DNA of 63,762 nucleotides, counting the filler, from Diploschistes diacapsis (Eukaryota): NCBI GenBank assembly GCA_023645945.1. It is 22 parts of 22 records of this genome, joined end to end, with 100 filler letters (N's around TTAATTAATTAA, not from the genome) between each part and the next. Parts side by side here need not be neighbours in the genome. Positions count along the whole stretch, not along the records: positions 61,359 to 62,510 come from JALAIB010003789.1; positions 62,611 to 63,762 come from JALAIB010003790.1; 20 more parts are not named here. One strand, 5' to 3'. Position numbers and translations under genes: made by a program. The notes beneath the pieces were generated by a model. It was not told the DNA's origin, did not search any database, and saw nothing but the letters and a program-made list of their open reading frames with translations. Below, one piece after another: positions 61,710 to 63,762 of the stretch. Within the stretch, counting starts at the first letter, position 1; every line of letters begins with the position of its first letter.

Positions 61710-61770
61710 AAAATAAAAAAATAAAAAAATAAAAAAATAAAAAAATAAAAAAATAAAAAAATAAAAATAA
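61710..61770. repeat. (TAAAAAAA)n simple repeat
   Basis: About 7 tandem 8-bp units. Confidence 0.8.
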
Positions 61771-63762
61771 TAAGATTTAAAACGTTATAAACAAGATAAA
61801 GATATTATAATAAAACTAATATTTAAATGGGGATATTAGTAATTAAAAAACATTTAATTTATAAATAATCAGCATCGATATTACCGTTAATCTATATTTA
61901 TAATTAACTATTAATAAATCCTGAGGTATATATACAAGAATAAAAATAGAATGTTAATACGTAATTTACGCGAGGAACGTGAATCCAACGTATTAATTAA
62001 GTTTATTTACATAGACAATTAAGATGATTGATTATATAACGTATTTCACGGGGATTCCGGCCACCTCAAATCACTACCGCCAACATTCTACGGTTTTTAG
62101 ATATAACCTGTTCGTCGTAATTAAAATCTAATCAATTTAAAGCGAATTTATCTTCCTTCTCTTCATCCTTCTCGATTTTAAAAACGCGACGACGTTTTTT
62201 ACGCGTTATAAATCGTTTCGAAACTGTTCGATTCGATTTAACCCGAATTATTATTTTAACAACTTCGTCTATAACGTGGTTGACGGTGAATCCGGCCACC
62301 CCCAGAGTCCGGCCACCTTAAATCACTATTTTTATCTTACATTCGATTTTTCTTAATAATGACTACCTCGTATCGTAATAATTCGATTTTAATAGAATTT
62401 AATATCAACGACTGTTTATAAGTTCTAAAATTACAATAATATATCAATATTCGAAACATTATTCGCGCATTTAAAATATCTCGATCGATAATTATGGATC
62501 GACTTAATAGNNNNNNNNNNNNNNNNNNNNNNNNNNNNNNNNNNNNNNNNNNNNTTAATTAATTAANNNNNNNNNNNNNNNNNNNNNNNNNNNNNNNNNN
62601 NNNNNNNNNNATATTGAGTTTATAACGTTTCGTAAAGAAAACCGAAAACAAAAAACGTTTTTTAATAATCGTAAAAAACGTAAATTAAATAAATAAATTA
62701 AATTAAAAGATCGTTTTATGTTTAATATAAACGAAGTTCTTAAAATAGTAATTCGGGTTAAATCGAATTAAACAGTTTCGAAACGACCTATAACGCGTAA
62801 AAAACGTCGTCGCATTTTTAAAATCGAGAAGGATAAAGAAAAAAAAGATAGATTCGATTTAGATCGATTAGATTCTAATTGCGACGAATAGGTTATATCT
62901 AAAAACCGTAGAATGTTGACGGTAGTGATTTGAGGTGGCCGGACTCTGGGGGTGGCCGGACTCACCGTCAAACACGTTAGTTTTAATGAAATCTACGCAC
63001 AAAACCGCTCATAATAGTTCATTTAAATAAAAAAAATTTTGCTTACTTAAAGCAGATTTTAAAATATTCCATACAATAATAAACCAAACATTCGATAATA
63101 TATATTCTGAAATATTCTACAACATACCAGAAGCTTATTTTTTTAAATTAAACTAGCATATCTAGGTTAACATTTAAGAGTAATTAAAATACACCCTTCC
63201 ACCCTTCTATCATTAAACTTAACGATATATTGTCAGCCGGCTGTTACGATCCAAGTACCAGACTTGGCACGTGCAAGCCATTCGTTGTATATAGACCAAT
63301 CATGGTGACACCGGTCACGTGATTAGTAAAAGGTCTTGGCGGCTTGTCTATTCAGTAGCGAGTAGAAGCAAAGAACTAGGCTGGCCGTTTCGTGCCACGG
63401 ACACTTCCACGGACACTACCGAGAAAATTTTTAAAACACGATACTACCACGGACATTACCGTTAAAATTTTAAAACACGGATACTTCTACGGATATTATA
63501 TTATAATAAAAGTACGAATACGGATATTATAATTAAAAATTTTAAAACACGGATACTTTTACGAATATTATCGTTAAAAATTTTTAAACACGATTTTATT
63601 ACGGATATTATATTATAATAAATTTATCGAAATACCGCGATAAAAAAATAAAAATATAAAAAATAAACGTAATAATTCTAAAATTATTAAAAAATAAATA
63701 TTATTTAAAAGTATTTTAATAAATATACGAACACGATAATAAATTTATTAACACGAATATTA

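Noticed and set aside
19298..62610. Regularly spaced TTAATTAATTAA motif and gene neighbourhoods across it
   Set aside because: Artificial contig linker; spacing reflects size-sorted contigs, so adjacency across spacers has no biological meaning

Overview
Filamentous ascomycete (Pezizomycotina-like) genomic DNA with spliceosomal introns and heavy RIP-like mutation of repeats. The window is not contiguous: it is 22 contigs joined by 21 artificial 100-nt spacers (N44-TTAATTAATTAA-N44). Contig 1 (1-19297) and contig 2 (19398-38688) are gene-rich. Contig 1 carries two PTH11-like membrane proteins, an MFS transporter, a solitary intact Gag-like ORF, a GNAT, UGO1, a Baeyer-Villiger monooxygenase, an amino-acid permease and PNC1. 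Contig 2 carries mitochondrial IF2, a metacaspase, a decayed HeLo-like/ankyrin gene, apsB, an SDR pseudogene and a second MFS. The last 25 kb is twenty size-sorted contigs of 1152-1156 bp. Most are AT-rich relics of Copia, Gypsy/chromovirus, LINE, Fot1/pogo and hAT elements; two are GC-rich and carry HOS2 (partial) and RPB8. Best leads: an un-RIPped stand-alone Gag capsid-like gene (possible domestication); a complete 604-bp miniature LTR element (TRIM) with target-site duplication, polypurine tract and a possible self-priming site; a NOD-less HeLo-like-ankyrin pseudogene just upstream of the metacaspase; several MITE families; and a RIP spectrum that spares CpG. All family calls come from motif recognition by eye; no database searches were run.
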